A DNA stretch of 64,000 nt from Clostridia bacterium (GCA_045537695.1 JAZSQB010000027.1:11288-75287); one strand, 5' to 3'. Shown: positions 29,229 to 41,081, counted from the stretch's first letter. The notes: generated from the letters alone by a model not told the origin. Numbers and translations: made by a program.

Positions 29229-30070
29229 GCGTTGGAGCCGGAGACAATTTCGGTTATCTCCTGCGTAATCGCCGCCTGACGGGCACGATTGTACTCCAAA
29301 CTCAGGCTGTCAATCATTTCGCCGGCATTTTTGGTTGCCGACTCCATCGCGGTTCTGCGCGCCGCAGATTCCGATGCTTGCGCCTCGGCAACACCGCCGT
29401 AGACCATACCGGCAATGTATTGCGGTACAATCGAGGCAAATGCCGCTTCGGGGCTTGGCTCACATATCATAATCTCGCGCGTTTGTTTCTCGCTTTCCTC
29501 CGGCAGAATCGGCAGCATCTGCTCGATTTGCGGCACCTGCGAAAGCATAGATACAAATTTTGTATACACGATATACAACGCGTCAAACTTGCCTGCCGCA
29601 TACTGGGAAGCAAGCATATGCCCGATACGGTCACAGTCTGCAATGCTGATGTCTGCAGCAAGCAGATATTCATCCGACAGAATTTCTATGTTCTGTCTCG
29701 TAAAATATTCCATTGTTTTTTTGCCGATGGGCAATACGCAATACGGCGTATCCCCCACCTGATGGGCAAGGGATTTTAAAACATTGCTGTTATAGCCACC
29801 TGCCAGACCGCGGTCACCCGCAATCACAACAAAGCAGGCTTTTTTCACGTCGCGCTTTTCCGTATATACAGAAGAAAATCCGAAATTTCCGGCTGCAATG
29901 CGGTCGAGCGTCTGCGAAAGTATTTCAAAGAACGGACGTGCCCGTTCTACGCGCTCTTTGGCTTTTCTCAGCTTCGAGGAAGCGACAAGCTCCATGGCTT
30001 TGGTAATCTGCCTGGTGCTCTGCACGCTCTTGATGCGAAGCTTGATATCCTTCATAGAAGCTCCTGCCAT
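29225..30070 (-). CDS. atpG: ATP synthase gamma
   Basis: ITKAMELVA, DRGLAGGYN, YNRARQAAITQEITEIV. Confidence 0.97.
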   Translation of the reverse strand: MAGASMKDIKLRIKSVQSTRQITKAMELVASSKLRKAKERVERARPFFEILSQTLDRIAAGNFGFSSVYTEKRDVKKACFVVIAGDRGLAGGYNSNVLKSLAHQVGDTPYCVLPIGKKTMEYFTRQNIEILSDEYLLAADISIADCDRIGHMLASQYAAGKFDALYIVYTKFVSMLSQVPQIEQMLPILPEESEKQTREIMICEPSPEAAFASIVPQYIAGMVYGGVAEAQASESAARRTAMESATKNAGEMIDSLSLEYNRARQAAITQEITEIVSGSNA

Positions 30071-30083
30071 AGCTCACTTCTCC

Positions 30084-31598
30084 TCACTTCTGCGCTGTAA
30101 ACTTTTCCGTAAATTCTGCAATGGCTTCACCGAGCTTTGCATCGTTTTCCTTCGACAAGTCGCCCGTTGCAGTAATATCATTTAAAATCTGCGGATAGCT
30201 GTTTTGCATAAATGTAAACAAGCCGCTCTGGTAATCGTCAATATCCTCCAGCGCAACCGCTTTGAGATAATTATGGATTACCGCATAGATAATCACAACC
30301 TGCAGCTCTACCGGAATCGGCGTGTTGCGGTTCTGCTTTAACACTTCCACAATACGCGCGCCCTGCTCGAGACGCTCCTTGGTATCCTCATCGAGGTCGG
30401 AACCGAACTGTGCAAAGGACTGGAGTTCTCTGTATTGCGAGTACGAAAGCTTTAACTGACCGGAAACCTTCTTCATCGCCTTAATCTGCGCATTACCACC
30501 GACACGGGATACGGAAATACCCGGATTTACCGCCGGACGGATACCGCTATGGAACAGCTCTGTTTCCAGAAAAATCTGCCCGTCCGTAATAGAAATTACG
30601 TTGGTCGGAATGTATGCCGATACATCGCCTGCCTGCGTTTCGATAATCGGCAGCGCCGTTAAAGAGCCCCCGCCGTATTCCGGCGCCAGTCTTGCCGCAC
30701 GCTCCAAAAGTCTCGAATGCAGATAGAATACGTCGCCCGGATAAGCCTCACGCCCAGGCGGGCGGCGAATCAACAGAGAAAGTGCTCTGTACGCTACCGC
30801 GTGCTTGGACAAATCATCGTAAATAATCAAGACATCCTTGCCCTGATACATAAAGTATTCGCCCATGGCACAACCGGAATACGGTGCAATATACTGCATC
30901 GGCGCAAGCTCGGATGCCGTTGCCGAAACGACGATGGTATAATCCATCGCGCCGTTCTGTGAAAGCGTTTCTACAAGCTGCGCTACCGTCGAACGCTTCT
31001 GACCAATGGCAACATAGATACAAATCACATCTTTGCCCTTCTGGTTGATGATGGTATCGGTTGCAATGACCGTTTTACCGGTCTGTCTGTCACCGATAAT
31101 CAGCTCACGCTGCCCGCGACCGATCGGAATCATGGAGTCAATCGCCTTGATACCGGTCTGGAGCGGCACGCTAACGGACTTTCTTTCAATAATACCCGGC
31201 GCCGCGCTTTCAATCGGGCGCGTCTCGGTGGTTTCAATCGGACCCTGCCCGTCAATCGGATGACCGAGGGCATCCACCACGCGACCAATAAGTGCCTCAC
31301 CAACCGGTACTTCTACGACTCTGCCGGTACGCTTTACAACATCCCCTTCACGGATGCCTGCATCCGTACCGAGGATAACGACGCTGACAAAGCTTTCCTC
31401 TAAGTTGAGCGCCATACCGTACTCCCCGTTGGCAAACTCCAAAAGCTCGTTTGCCATACAGTTATCGAGTCCGTGTACCTTGGCAATACCATCACCAACT
31501 TCAATAACGCTGCCGGTTTCCTTCTGTTCTATCTTATTTTCATAATTCTTAATCTGATTAATAATAATCTTACTGATTTCATCTGCTTTCAGCTGCAT
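30084..31598 (-). CDS. atpA: ATP synthase alpha
   Basis: [31 protein letters not shown]. Confidence 0.98.
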   Translation of the reverse strand: MQLKADEISKIIINQIKNYENKIEQKETGSVIEVGDGIAKVHGLDNCMANELLEFANGEYGMALNLEESFVSVVILGTDAGIREGDVVKRTGRVVEVPVGEALIGRVVDALGHPIDGQGPIETTETRPIESAAPGIIERKSVSVPLQTGIKAIDSMIPIGRGQRELIIGDRQTGKTVIATDTIINQKGKDVICIYVAIGQKRSTVAQLVETLSQNGAMDYTIVVSATASELAPMQYIAPYSGCAMGEYFMYQGKDVLIIYDDLSKHAVAYRALSLLIRRPPGREAYPGDVFYLHSRLLERAARLAPEYGGGSLTALPIIETQAGDVSAYIPTNVISITDGQIFLETELFHSGIRPAVNPGISVSRVGGNAQIKAMKKVSGQLKLSYSQYRELQSFAQFGSDLDEDTKERLEQGARIVEVLKQNRNTPIPVELQVVIIYAVIHNYLKAVALEDIDDYQSGLFTFMQNSYPQILNDITATGDLSKENDAKLGEAIAEFTEKFTAQK

Positions 31599-31624
31599 TG
31601 TCTCACCATCTTTCTGTAGGCGGT

Positions 31625-32161
31625 TTATGAATTCATTTTAATCTGTGCTTCCAAGTCAAGCAGGCGCGAACGCACGGATGCATCTATCTGTCTGTTTGCC
31701 ATACGCACCGTCAGACCGCCCAAAATCTCCGGGTCTACTTTATTCTGAAGCACAACCGTTTTGCCGGTCATCTTCGAAAGCTTCTTCTGCAGCTTTGCAA
31801 GCAGCGTTTCTGTCATCGGCACCGCCGTAATCGCCACAGCTTCTTCAATGTTGTGCTCCGCATTATACTTTTTTACATAGGCACGCCGCGTAGCAGCAAA
31901 GGCATACATCTGCTTTTTCTCGGCGAGAATTTTTAAAAAATTACTTGTGTACGGATGCACGTGTGCGGAAAAAGCCGCATCCAGCAGCTTCACCTTCTCT
32001 GTCTGCATCACGGTCGGACTGTCGAGCAAGGTCTTGTATTCCGGTTGCTGTGTCAGCACTGTATCTACAAGCTCCAAATCCGCCAAAAGGCGCTCGCAAA
32101 GCCCTTCTGCGCAGGCAAGCGCATACAACGAGCCTCCGTACAGTACAGAAAACTCTGTCAT
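31625..32161 (-). CDS. atpH: ATP synthase delta
   Basis: Operon position; VDPEILGG...IDASVRSRL. Confidence 0.92.
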   Translation of the reverse strand: MTEFSVLYGGSLYALACAEGLCERLLADLELVDTVLTQQPEYKTLLDSPTVMQTEKVKLLDAAFSAHVHPYTSNFLKILAEKKQMYAFAATRRAYVKKYNAEHNIEEAVAITAVPMTETLLAKLQKKLSKMTGKTVVLQNKVDPEILGGLTVRMANRQIDASVRSRLLDLEAQIKMNS

Positions 32162-32670
32162 AGCGTTTCACCCATTTCATCCATACACTTTTCAATCAGC
32201 GCACTCTGTCCCTCGGCGTCCAAATCCTTTTCAATCACTTTGGATGCCATCAAAACGGCCATAGAGCAAATTTCACCCTTGGCTTCCTCCAAGGCTGCCT
32301 TTTGCTCACGCGCGATACGCGCCTGTGCGCCTTCAATTATATTTGCCGCCTGCGCCTGCGAATCAGACAAAATCTGGTCAGCGCGGTTTTGTGCATTCTG
32401 CACCGCCTCTGCCACAATCGATTCTGCCTGCGCATTTGCACCGGCAAGCTTTTCCGTATACTCTGCTTCCATCGCCTTTGCGTTATCGCTCGCGCTTTGC
32501 GCATCTGCATACATTTTGCCGACTTCATCTTCGCGCTGCTTGATAATGCCCATAATTGGCTTAAAGAGCAGCTTTTTAATGATTAAAAACAAAACAAGCA
32601 AATTTGCCCAAGTGAAAATCAGCGTCCACACATCGGGCGGTATGGAAACAAATTGTAATGTTTTTTCCAT
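32158..32670 (-). CDS. atpF: ATP synthase b
   Basis: N-terminal TM, KKLLFKPI, coiled coil. Confidence 0.92.
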   Translation of the reverse strand: MEKTLQFVSIPPDVWTLIFTWANLLVLFLIIKKLLFKPIMGIIKQREDEVGKMYADAQSASDNAKAMEAEYTEKLAGANAQAESIVAEAVQNAQNRADQILSDSQAQAANIIEGAQARIAREQKAALEEAKGEICSMAVLMASKVIEKDLDAEGQSALIEKCMDEMGETL

Positions 32671-32696
32671 GTTACGCCTCCAAGGTTGTTAAGATA

Positions 32697-32975
<279 letters not shown>

Positions 32976-33002
32976 CTAAATATTTATATTTTAAAAATAA
33001 TT

Positions 33003-33725
33003 TTACTCTACACCTGATACGAACGACATGGTAAGCATACAGAAGATGTATGCTTGCAAAAAGCCCGTAAACAAATCAAAATAGATAGATAACATTGCCG
33101 GTATACCCACCTGCAAAATGGGAATAGAGCTGATAAACTCTACCGGTATCCAGGAAAGCAACATATTGCTTAATCCCGCCAATGCACTGTACATCAAGGT
33201 GGAAATAACAATACCCGAAGCAATGTTACCAAAATGACGGAACGCCATCGAAATCGGATTTGCAATTTCACCGATGATATTCATCGGCAGCATCACCGCT
33301 ACCGGCTGCACAAACGATTTCAGCCAACCGCCGACACCATTGATGCGGATATTGTTGCCTTGCACCATAATAAATGTAAGCAATGCCCAACCAAATGTGG
33401 TATTCAAGTCACCTGTCATCGGACGCATTCCCAACAGTGAGGACAAACTGCCGACCACCGAAAAGGCAAACAGTGTACCGATATATGGTGCAAACCCGAG
33501 GTACTTTTCACCCATCGTTTCCCGCACCATATTGTTCGTCATCATCACGAGCTTTTCTGCAACAATTTGCTTCTTGCTTGGTTTGCGCACACTTAGACCT
33601 CGCGTCAGCCAGATGCACAAAAGTACAATGGCCGCCATAATAATCCAACCGTTCACAATCGTTTCCGTAATATGAAAGCTACCCCATTCAAACAGAATTT
33701 TTGGTCCGGTTATGTTTATATTCAT
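33003..33725 (-). CDS. atpB: ATP synthase a
   Basis: PISMAFRHFGNI, LQAYIF..LT. Confidence 0.95.
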   Translation of the reverse strand: MNINITGPKILFEWGSFHITETIVNGWIIMAAIVLLCIWLTRGLSVRKPSKKQIVAEKLVMMTNNMVRETMGEKYLGFAPYIGTLFAFSVVGSLSSLLGMRPMTGDLNTTFGWALLTFIMVQGNNIRINGVGGWLKSFVQPVAVMLPMNIIGEIANPISMAFRHFGNIASGIVISTLMYSALAGLSNMLLSWIPVEFISSIPILQVGIPAMLSIYFDLFTGFLQAYIFCMLTMSFVSGVE

Positions 33726-34120
33726 TCTTGTCGCTCACCTCTGTCCTTTTTAAAATGTGCCGCAATACCGCACACCGTAATCACAATACGCGGAAACAAC
33801 AGCGGAATCGCCGCGGTAAACACATTGAAATACGGTGCTTTAATTGCCCAGTAAATCGTCACCGCCGCCAATGCCAGACGCAGATAGTAACCGCCCATCA
33901 TATAGCCCTTCGCCTGATTTTCGCTTTTCTGCACGCTGCGCGATATAAAATATGCCGTCAGCACAAAATTGAGAATGGCATAGCTGCAGCCGAGCAAAAT
34001 GCCCCAAAGCATCGGTGCCTGCCAATGCCAGATGCACCCGACTACAATCGCCATACACACCCCTAAAATAGCGACACCAAGCACCATTTTCTTTATTTCA
34101 CTTGTCAGTGACTTATCCAT
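33722..34120 (-). CDS. atpI: ATP synthase subunit I
   Basis: 4-TM protein directly before atpB; YYLRL motif. Confidence 0.8.
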   Translation of the reverse strand: MDKSLTSEIKKMVLGVAILGVCMAIVVGCIWHWQAPMLWGILLGCSYAILNFVLTAYFISRSVQKSENQAKGYMMGGYYLRLALAAVTIYWAIKAPYFNVFTAAIPLLFPRIVITVCGIAAHFKKDRGERQE

Positions 34121-34134
34121 AGACGTATCCGTCC

Positions 34135-34356
34135 TTATTTCTTTTTAGTCCATTTTTTCAGTAAGGCAGAGAGATTGGAAAACCCTGCCCCTACGCCAAG
34201 CACACCGCCTGCTATGACAATCCAATTTCCCAAATCATAATATCTTTGCAGCCAGCCTGCACCAATGATACAGCAGGCAATCGGCACAAACATATTCAGT
34301 CCCAACTGCGTAATCATACTCAGCGATTTTAAAATTTCAGCTCTGTCCTTTTTCAT
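34135..34356 (-). CDS. AtpZ/AtpI family protein
   Basis: ITQLGLNM..PI...G.WL; 2 TM; first gene of the atp block. Confidence 0.8.
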   Translation of the reverse strand: MKKDRAEILKSLSMITQLGLNMFVPIACCIIGAGWLQRYYDLGNWIVIAGGVLGVGAGFSNLSALLKKWTKKK

Positions 34357-35510
34357 TATGCCATAAAGTCTTCGATGCGCTTGTCCGTAATGCCGAACTC
34401 GTACAGAAGTGCCTCTACAATACGAGCAGATGCATTACCGTCACCGTACGGGTTGGCAGCCTGCGCCATCTTGTCATAAGCGGCTTTATCATCCAAAAGC
34501 TCTTTGGCAAGCTTTAAGATTACATCCTTGTCCACGCCGGCAATCTTAACCGTACCTGCCTCAACCGCTTCCGGACGCTCCGTTTCATTACGCAGCACCA
34601 ATACCGGTTTTGCCAGCGACGGTGCCTCTTCCTGCAAGCCGCCGGAGTCCGTCATTACCATAAAGCAACGCGCCATCGCGTTGTGCAGATCGTCTACATT
34701 GACCGGCTCGATGAGCGATACGCGGTCGAGACCGCCCAAAATATCAAATACGACCTCGCGTACAGCCGGATTTAAGTGCACCGGATATACGAGCTGAATG
34801 TCTTCATAGGTTTCTACAAGCTCTTTGAGTGCATAGCATATGTTCTTGAGCGGCTCGCCTAAGTTTTCGCGTCTGTGCGCCGTTACCAAAATCACACGGC
34901 GTGCGTTAAAGTCGAGGTTTCTTAACGTTTCATCCGTGAAGGTATAATCCTCGCGTACGGTGCTCTTGAGCGCGTCAATAACGGTGTTACCCGTGATATA
35001 AATCTTCGCTGGGTTGATGCTTTCCTTTAAAAGATTGTTCTTATTGGAAACCGTCGGCGAAAAATGATAGTCCGCAATCACACCAGTCAGGCAACGGTTC
35101 ATTTCCTCCGGGAACGGAGAATACTTATCGTACGTACGAAGTCCCGCTTCTACGTGACCTACCTTGACCTGATTGTAAAAGGCAGCCAGTGCACCTGCAA
35201 ATGTCGTTGTGGTATCGCCGTGTACCAAAATCACATCCGGCTTTTCTTGCTTGATGACCTCATCCAAGCCTGCAATAACGCTGTTTGTAATGCTCACCAA
35301 GGTCTGGCGGTCCTTCATAATATCCAAATCATAATCCGGCACAACGCCAAACATTTCCAATACCTGGTCCAGCATCTGTCTGTGCTGCGCTGTTACGCAC
35401 ACCTTTGCATCTATATACGGGCACTTTGCAAGCTCAATAGCAAGCGGTGCCATCTTAATCGCTTCCGGACGTGTGCCGAAAACGGTCATTGCCTTAATTT
35501 TCTTTTCCAC
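34356..35510 (-). CDS. wecB: UDP-GlcNAc 2-epimerase (non-hydrolysing)
   Basis: FGTRPEAIKMAP, HVEAGLRT, TDSGGLQEEAP. Confidence 0.96.
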   Translation of the reverse strand: MEKKIKAMTVFGTRPEAIKMAPLAIELAKCPYIDAKVCVTAQHRQMLDQVLEMFGVVPDYDLDIMKDRQTLVSITNSVIAGLDEVIKQEKPDVILVHGDTTTTFAGALAAFYNQVKVGHVEAGLRTYDKYSPFPEEMNRCLTGVIADYHFSPTVSNKNNLLKESINPAKIYITGNTVIDALKSTVREDYTFTDETLRNLDFNARRVILVTAHRRENLGEPLKNICYALKELVETYEDIQLVYPVHLNPAVREVVFDILGGLDRVSLIEPVNVDDLHNAMARCFMVMTDSGGLQEEAPSLAKPVLVLRNETERPEAVEAGTVKIAGVDKDVILKLAKELLDDKAAYDKMAQAANPYGDGNASARIVEALLYEFGITDKRIEDFMA

Positions 35511-36657
35511 TGTCTTCTCCCCCTATTTCCTCATGCTCTTCTGCAATCTGTATTTCCTGTAATACCACCTGCACATCCGCCTCGGTTTTCTTAGCTTCCT
35601 GTGCAGCAATCATCTCTTCAAAATGCTCTCTGCGCTTGGTGACCATACCGCCGCCAAACACAAATACCAACACACAAATCAACAAAATCAGCGCACGCAT
35701 TGCGCCGCTCTCTGCCAGCAGTACGGCAGCCAATCCCAGCACGCCGCTGATGGCATAAAGAATAAACACCGTCTGCTTCTGCGAAAATCCCATATCCACC
35801 AAACGGTGATGAATGTGCCCGCGGTCCGGCGTCATAATGCCCTGACCGGTAAACAAACGTCTTAAAATCGCAAAGCCCGTGTCAAAAATCGGCAAGCCCA
35901 AAATCAGAAGCGGTACGGCAAACGAAATCACCGCATAGCTTTTAAAGCTACCCTGTACGGACAGCACCGCCAGCATAAAGCCCAAAAATGTAGAACCGGT
36001 GTCGCCCAAAAAGATGGTCGCTGGATTGAAATTAAACGGCAGAAAACCGAAGCACGCACCTGCAATAATCAGCGCAATGAGCGCAATCTTCGCCTCCCCG
36101 ACTACGCCGGCTACAAACACCAGCGAAACCGCCGCAATCGAAGAAATTCCAGCTGCCAGACCGTCTAAGCCGTCAATTAAATTTACAGCATTGGTAATGG
36201 CAACAATCCAAAGCACAGTAAACGGTATGGAAACCCATTTATCGAGCTGCAGCACCGGCAGATTGGAAAAAAAGTTCGGATTGGTGAATACCTCTACGCG
36301 GATATTGCCGCCGTATACAACCACCAATGCCGCTATAATCTGCACGACAAACTTCACCTTGGCGCTCAAACCACGGCTATCATCTATAATGCCCAAAATC
36401 ACAATAATAATTGCCCCGCTCAAAACAGCAACCAAATCTCTTGTAATTTCACAAAAGCTCAAAAGGCTCACCAAAAAGCCAAAAAACACGGCAATACCGC
36501 CCAGGCGCGGTGTCGCTTTTTTGTGCATACGCCTGCCGTCGCGCGGCACATCCATGGCGCCGATTTTTCCGGCAACAATTTTCGCCATCGGCACAGAAAC
36601 AAATGTAAACGCAAATGCTACCACAAAGGCAAGTGCCATAATCACATACACATTCAT
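35494..36657 (-). CDS. MraY/WecA/TagO-family undecaprenyl-phosphate GlcNAc-1-P transferase
   Basis: PRLGG, GIIDD, NLIDGLDGLA, FLGDTGS, HIHHRL. Confidence 0.93.
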   Translation of the reverse strand: MNVYVIMALAFVVAFAFTFVSVPMAKIVAGKIGAMDVPRDGRRMHKKATPRLGGIAVFFGFLVSLLSFCEITRDLVAVLSGAIIIVILGIIDDSRGLSAKVKFVVQIIAALVVVYGGNIRVEVFTNPNFFSNLPVLQLDKWVSIPFTVLWIVAITNAVNLIDGLDGLAAGISSIAAVSLVFVAGVVGEAKIALIALIIAGACFGFLPFNFNPATIFLGDTGSTFLGFMLAVLSVQGSFKSYAVISFAVPLLILGLPIFDTGFAILRRLFTGQGIMTPDRGHIHHRLVDMGFSQKQTVFILYAISGVLGLAAVLLAESGAMRALILLICVLVFVFGGGMVTKRREHFEEMIAAQEAKKTEADVQVVLQEIQIAEEHEEIGGEDSGKEN

Positions 36658-36678
36658 ACTTTATCACCCGCAATCAGC

Positions 36679-37683
36679 TCAGCGCTTTACAAAGCCGACC
36701 TTTCTGTATACCTTATCCAGTGTGCGGCGCGCCAGATACTGCGCGTGCTGTGCACCCTCTGTATAAACCTTTTCAATATACGCTTTATCCTGCATATACT
36801 GTTCGTACTTTTCCTTAATCGGACGCAGACACTCTACAACCGCCTCGGCAACCTCGGCTTTAAACTCACCGTAGCCCTTACCTCTAAAGCGGCTTTCTAT
36901 CGAATCCATGCTTTCGCCGCTCGTTGCAGACAGAATACTCATCAGATTCTCAATGCCTTCCTTGCCTTCGCCGCGGCGCACACTGCCTTCGCTGTCCGTC
37001 ACCGCACTCTTGATTTTCTTTGCAATCACATCCGCATCGTCCACGATGGAGATAAAGCCCTTTGGGTTCGGGTCGGACTTGCTCATCTTCTTGGTCGGCT
37101 CGGTTAAGCTCATAATCTTCGCGCCCACCTTCGCAATGTAAGGCTCCGGCACCTTAAAGGTTTCGGAATAAATACCATTAAAGCGCTCCGCGATGTCACG
37201 CGCCAGCTCCAAATGCTGCTTTTGGTCCACACCGACCGGCACCAAATCCGTCTGATAAAGCAAAATATCTGCCGCCATCAGCACCGGATAGGTAAACAAA
37301 CCGGCATTGATATTATCTGCATGTCTTTGCGACTTATCCTTAAACTGTGTCATTCTGCTCAATTCACCCATATAGGTGTAGCAATTGAGAATCCACGCGA
37401 GCTCCGCGTGTGCCGGCACATGCGACTGAAAATACATAATATTTTTCTGCGGGTCTAAACCGCAAGCCAAGAACAAACTCAAAAGTTCTATGCTTCTTTT
37501 TCTTAAATCCGCCGGATTCTGCCGCACGGTAATGGAGTGCAAATCCGCCACGCAGTACATACAGTTGTAGTCATCCTGCAAATTTACCCAATTTTTGATT
37601 GCGCCCAGGTAATTGCCGAGCGTAACAACGCCGGACGGCTGAATGCCCGAATACAAAATTTTTTTATTTTCTTCCACGTCCAT
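36679..37683 (-). CDS. trpS: Tryptophan--tRNA ligase
   Basis: SGIQPSG.VTLGNYLGA, YPVLMAADIL, KMSKS. Confidence 0.97.
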   Translation of the reverse strand: MDVEENKKILYSGIQPSGVVTLGNYLGAIKNWVNLQDDYNCMYCVADLHSITVRQNPADLRKRSIELLSLFLACGLDPQKNIMYFQSHVPAHAELAWILNCYTYMGELSRMTQFKDKSQRHADNINAGLFTYPVLMAADILLYQTDLVPVGVDQKQHLELARDIAERFNGIYSETFKVPEPYIAKVGAKIMSLTEPTKKMSKSDPNPKGFISIVDDADVIAKKIKSAVTDSEGSVRRGEGKEGIENLMSILSATSGESMDSIESRFRGKGYGEFKAEVAEAVVECLRPIKEKYEQYMQDKAYIEKVYTEGAQHAQYLARRTLDKVYRKVGFVKR

Positions 37684-37968
37684 TTCGCCTCACTATTGCA
37701 TTTTCTGCTTTTTTCGTCTAAAAAACGATTTCTAAAAAAATCCATTCCTTATGCAGTATACACTATACCATAAAATTCCGATATTGTAAAGCATTGTTTA
37801 TTATATATCCATAATTTTACTTATTTTTTGCTTTCTATTTTCAGAAAAAATAACGGAAAGAAACCTATTGATTTTTTTCTTATATTAGTATACAATATAA
37901 TATATACGCTAAATATACGCTAAAAATAGGTAGCGTTATACACACATCGACAAAAAAGGAGAGGGCTC

Positions 37969-38334
37969 GTGAAAAAGTCTGTTTATTTGTTTTTGGTTAT
38001 CTGTCTTATGCTTGCTCTGCTGACAAGCTGTGGCAAACCAATATGCCATACAGCATACGATGGTCACCTGCCCCAGCTTCCGTTCTTAGAGGATGACACG
38101 TCAGACGGCGGCTCGCTCGGTTTATATGATGGCAGCGCATTCGGCATTGTAGAAAGCACCTGCAAGCATGGCATTACGATAAAGATGCAGGACAAGTCTT
38201 TTTTCTTTGCCTGGACAGACCTTGCAAAAAAAGCGTATGCTACCTTTGGCATAAAGGTCGGTGATGAAATTGCCATTCCGGTGGATGCCGACGAAAATAC
38301 ATATATTGCACGCAACATAGAAAAGGTAATGTAA
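37969..38334 (+). CDS. Hypothetical lipoprotein
   Basis: GTG start with AAGGAG RBS; signal peptide with lipobox LTSC. Confidence 0.6.
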   Translation: MKKSVYLFLVICLMLALLTSCGKPICHTAYDGHLPQLPFLEDDTSDGGSLGLYDGSAFGIVESTCKHGITIKMQDKSFFFAWTDLAKKAYATFGIKVGDEIAIPVDADENTYIARNIEKVM

Positions 38335-38434
38335 TTTTCATTTGTTATATAGCCGCAAAGGCTTTATATAAGGTAAGCTAATTAAAGCTCCGTTACGGAA
38401 TGCTCTGTTTCGGGGACTTCAAGGAGGAAAAAAT

Positions 38435-41065
38435 ATGAGCAAAAAGTTTGTTTACTTGTTCAGCGAAGGCGACGCCTCCATGCGTAACCTTCTCGGCGGT
38501 AAGGGTGCAAACCTGGCAGAAATGACCAAGATTGGTCTGCCGGTACCGCAGGGCTTCACTGTAACCACAGAAGCATGTACACAGTACTACGAAGACGGCA
38601 GAAAGATTAACGATGCTATCCAGGCAGAAATTATGGAATACATCGTTAAGATGGAAGCTATCTGCAGCAAGAAGTTCGGCGACAAGGAAAACCCGCTTCT
38701 CGTATCCGTTCGCTCGGGTGCAAGAGCATCTATGCCGGGTATGATGGATACCATCTTAAACCTCGGTCTGAACGAAGATGTTGTTGAGGCTATGGCTGCT
38801 AAGTCCGGCAATGCAAGATGGGCTTGGGACTGCTACAGAAGATTTATTCAGATGTATTCCGACGTCGTAATGGAAGTTGGTAAGAAGTATTTCGAACAGC
38901 TTATCGACGAAATGAAGGAAGCAAAGGGCGTAACGCAGGATATCGAGCTGACAGCAGAGGACTTAAAGGAACTCGCAAGCCAGTTCAAAGCTGAATATAA
39001 GGCTAAAATCGGCAAGGACTTCCCGTCCGACCCGAAGGAACAGCTCATGGGCGCTGTGGAAGCGGTATTCCGTTCCTGGGACAACCCGAGAGCAAACGTA
39101 TACAGAAGAGATAACGATATTCCGTACTCTTGGGGTACAGCCGTTAACGTACAGATGATGGCGTTCGGTAATATGGGTGACACTTGCGGTACAGGTGTTG
39201 CATTTACCCGTGACCCTGCTACAGGTGAGCGCGGTCTGATGGGCGAATTCTTAGTAAACGCACAGGGCGAAGACGTTGTTGCCGGTGTTCGTACACCGAT
39301 GCCGATTGCTGAAATGGCGGACAAGTTCCCGGAAGCTTTCGAAGAGTTCAACAAGGTTTGCGCTATTTTGGAAGACCACTACAGAGATATGCAGGATATG
39401 GAGTTCACCATTGAAAACAAGAAGCTCTATATGCTCCAGACAAGAAACGGTAAGAGAACTGCAAAGGCTGCTCTTAAGATTGCTTGTGACCTCGTGGACG
39501 AAGGCATGATTGATAAAAAACAGGCCGTTGCAATGATCGACCCGAGAAACTTAGATACACTTTTACATCCGCAGTTTGACGCAAAGGCACTCAAGGCTGC
39601 TACGCCGGCAGGCAGAGGTCTCGGTGCTTCCCCTGGTGCAGCTTGCGGTAAGATTGTATTTACGGCTGAAGACGCTGAAGCATGGAATGCAAGAGGCGAA
39701 AAGGTTGTCCTCGTTCGTCTGGAAACCTCTCCGGAAGATATCACCGGCATGAAGGCTTCCCAGGGTATCTTAACCGTTCGCGGCGGTATGACCTCCCACG
39801 CAGCCGTTGTTGCTCGCGGTATGGGTACCTGCTGTGTATCCGGTTGCGGCGAAATCAACATGGATGAAGAAAACAAGAAGTTCACACTGGCAGGCAAGAC
39901 CTACACAGAAGGCGACTTTATTTCCATCGACGGTTCCACCGGTAACATCTACGACGGTATTATCCCGACAGTAGACGCTGAAATCGCTGGCGAATTCGGC
40001 AGAATCATGGAATGGGCTGATGAGTTCAGAACACTCAAGGTTAGAACAAACGCAGATACACCGGCTGACGCAAAGAAGGCAAGAGAGCTCGGCGCAGAAG
40101 GTATCGGTCTTTGCCGTACAGAGCATATGTTCTTTGAAACAGACAGAATCGCTGCATTCCGCGAAATGATCTGCTCCGATACTGTTGCAGAAAGAGAAGC
40201 TGCCCTTGAAAAGATCCTCCCGATGCAGCAGGGCGACTTCGAAAAGCTCTACGAAGCGCTCGAAGGTAATCCGGTTACTATCCGTTTCTTAGACCCGCCG
40301 CTGCACGAGTTCGTTCCGACAGAGGAAGCTGATATTGCAGCACTTGCAAAGACAAAGGGCAAGAGCGTTGAAGAAATCAAGGCTATGATTAACTCCCTCC
40401 ACGAGTTCAACCCGATGATGGGTCACCGTGGCTGCCGTCTTGCAGTAACCTATCCGGAAATTGCAAAGATGCAGACAAGAGCCGTTATCCGCGCTGCTAT
40501 CAATGTAAAGAAAGCACACGCTGACTGGAACATCAAGCCGGAAATTATGATTCCGCTCGTTGGCGATATCAAGGAGCTCAAGTTCGTTAAGAACGTAGTT
40601 GTAGAAGCAGCAGATGCTGAAATCGCAGCTGCAGGCGTTGAAATGGCTTACGAAGTTGGTACAATGATTGAGATTCCGCGTGCTTGTATCACAGCGGATG
40701 AAATCGCAGGCGAAGCTGAGTTCTTCTGCTTCGGTACAAACGACCTTACCCAGATGACTTACGGTTTCTCCCGTGACGACGCAGGTAAGTTCTTAGATGC
40801 TTACTATGATACAAAGATTTTCGAAAACGATCCGTTTGCAAAGCTCGACCAGACAGGTGTCGGCAAGCTGATGGAAACCGCAATCAAGCTTGGTAAGCCG
40901 GTTCGTCCGACACTCCACGTTGGTATCTGCGGTGAGCACGGCGGTGACCCGGTATCCGTTGAGTTCTGCCATAAGATTGGCCTCGACTACGTATCCTGCT
41001 CGCCGTTTAGAGTGCCGATTGCAAGATTGGCTGCTGCGCAGGCAAAGATTAAGGAAGAGAAATAA
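38435..41065 (+). CDS. ppdK: Pyruvate, phosphate dikinase
   Basis: LLGGKGANLAEM, SVRSGA, GGMTSHAAVVARG (phospho-His), FGTNDLTQ, GICGEHGG. Confidence 0.98.
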   Translation: MSKKFVYLFSEGDASMRNLLGGKGANLAEMTKIGLPVPQGFTVTTEACTQYYEDGRKINDAIQAEIMEYIVKMEAICSKKFGDKENPLLVSVRSGARASMPGMMDTILNLGLNEDVVEAMAAKSGNARWAWDCYRRFIQMYSDVVMEVGKKYFEQLIDEMKEAKGVTQDIELTAEDLKELASQFKAEYKAKIGKDFPSDPKEQLMGAVEAVFRSWDNPRANVYRRDNDIPYSWGTAVNVQMMAFGNMGDTCGTGVAFTRDPATGERGLMGEFLVNAQGEDVVAGVRTPMPIAEMADKFPEAFEEFNKVCAILEDHYRDMQDMEFTIENKKLYMLQTRNGKRTAKAALKIACDLVDEGMIDKKQAVAMIDPRNLDTLLHPQFDAKALKAATPAGRGLGASPGAACGKIVFTAEDAEAWNARGEKVVLVRLETSPEDITGMKASQGILTVRGGMTSHAAVVARGMGTCCVSGCGEINMDEENKKFTLAGKTYTEGDFISIDGSTGNIYDGIIPTVDAEIAGEFGRIMEWADEFRTLKVRTNADTPADAKKARELGAEGIGLCRTEHMFFETDRIAAFREMICSDTVAEREAALEKILPMQQGDFEKLYEALEGNPVTIRFLDPPLHEFVPTEEADIAALAKTKGKSVEEIKAMINSLHEFNPMMGHRGCRLAVTYPEIAKMQTRAVIRAAINVKKAHADWNIKPEIMIPLVGDIKELKFVKNVVVEAADAEIAAAGVEMAYEVGTMIEIPRACITADEIAGEAEFFCFGTNDLTQMTYGFSRDDAGKFLDAYYDTKIFENDPFAKLDQTGVGKLMETAIKLGKPVRPTLHVGICGEHGGDPVSVEFCHKIGLDYVSCSPFRVPIARLAAAQAKIKEEK

Positions 41066-41081
41066 TTTTCCGAATAGAATG

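Noticed and set aside
37684-37860. T-box riboswitch expected upstream of trpS (and of valS at ~61.6-61.9 kb)
   Set aside because: No T-box AAxxxGGTGGxACC motif or terminator/antiterminator was found; the leaders are short or occupied by a small gene.
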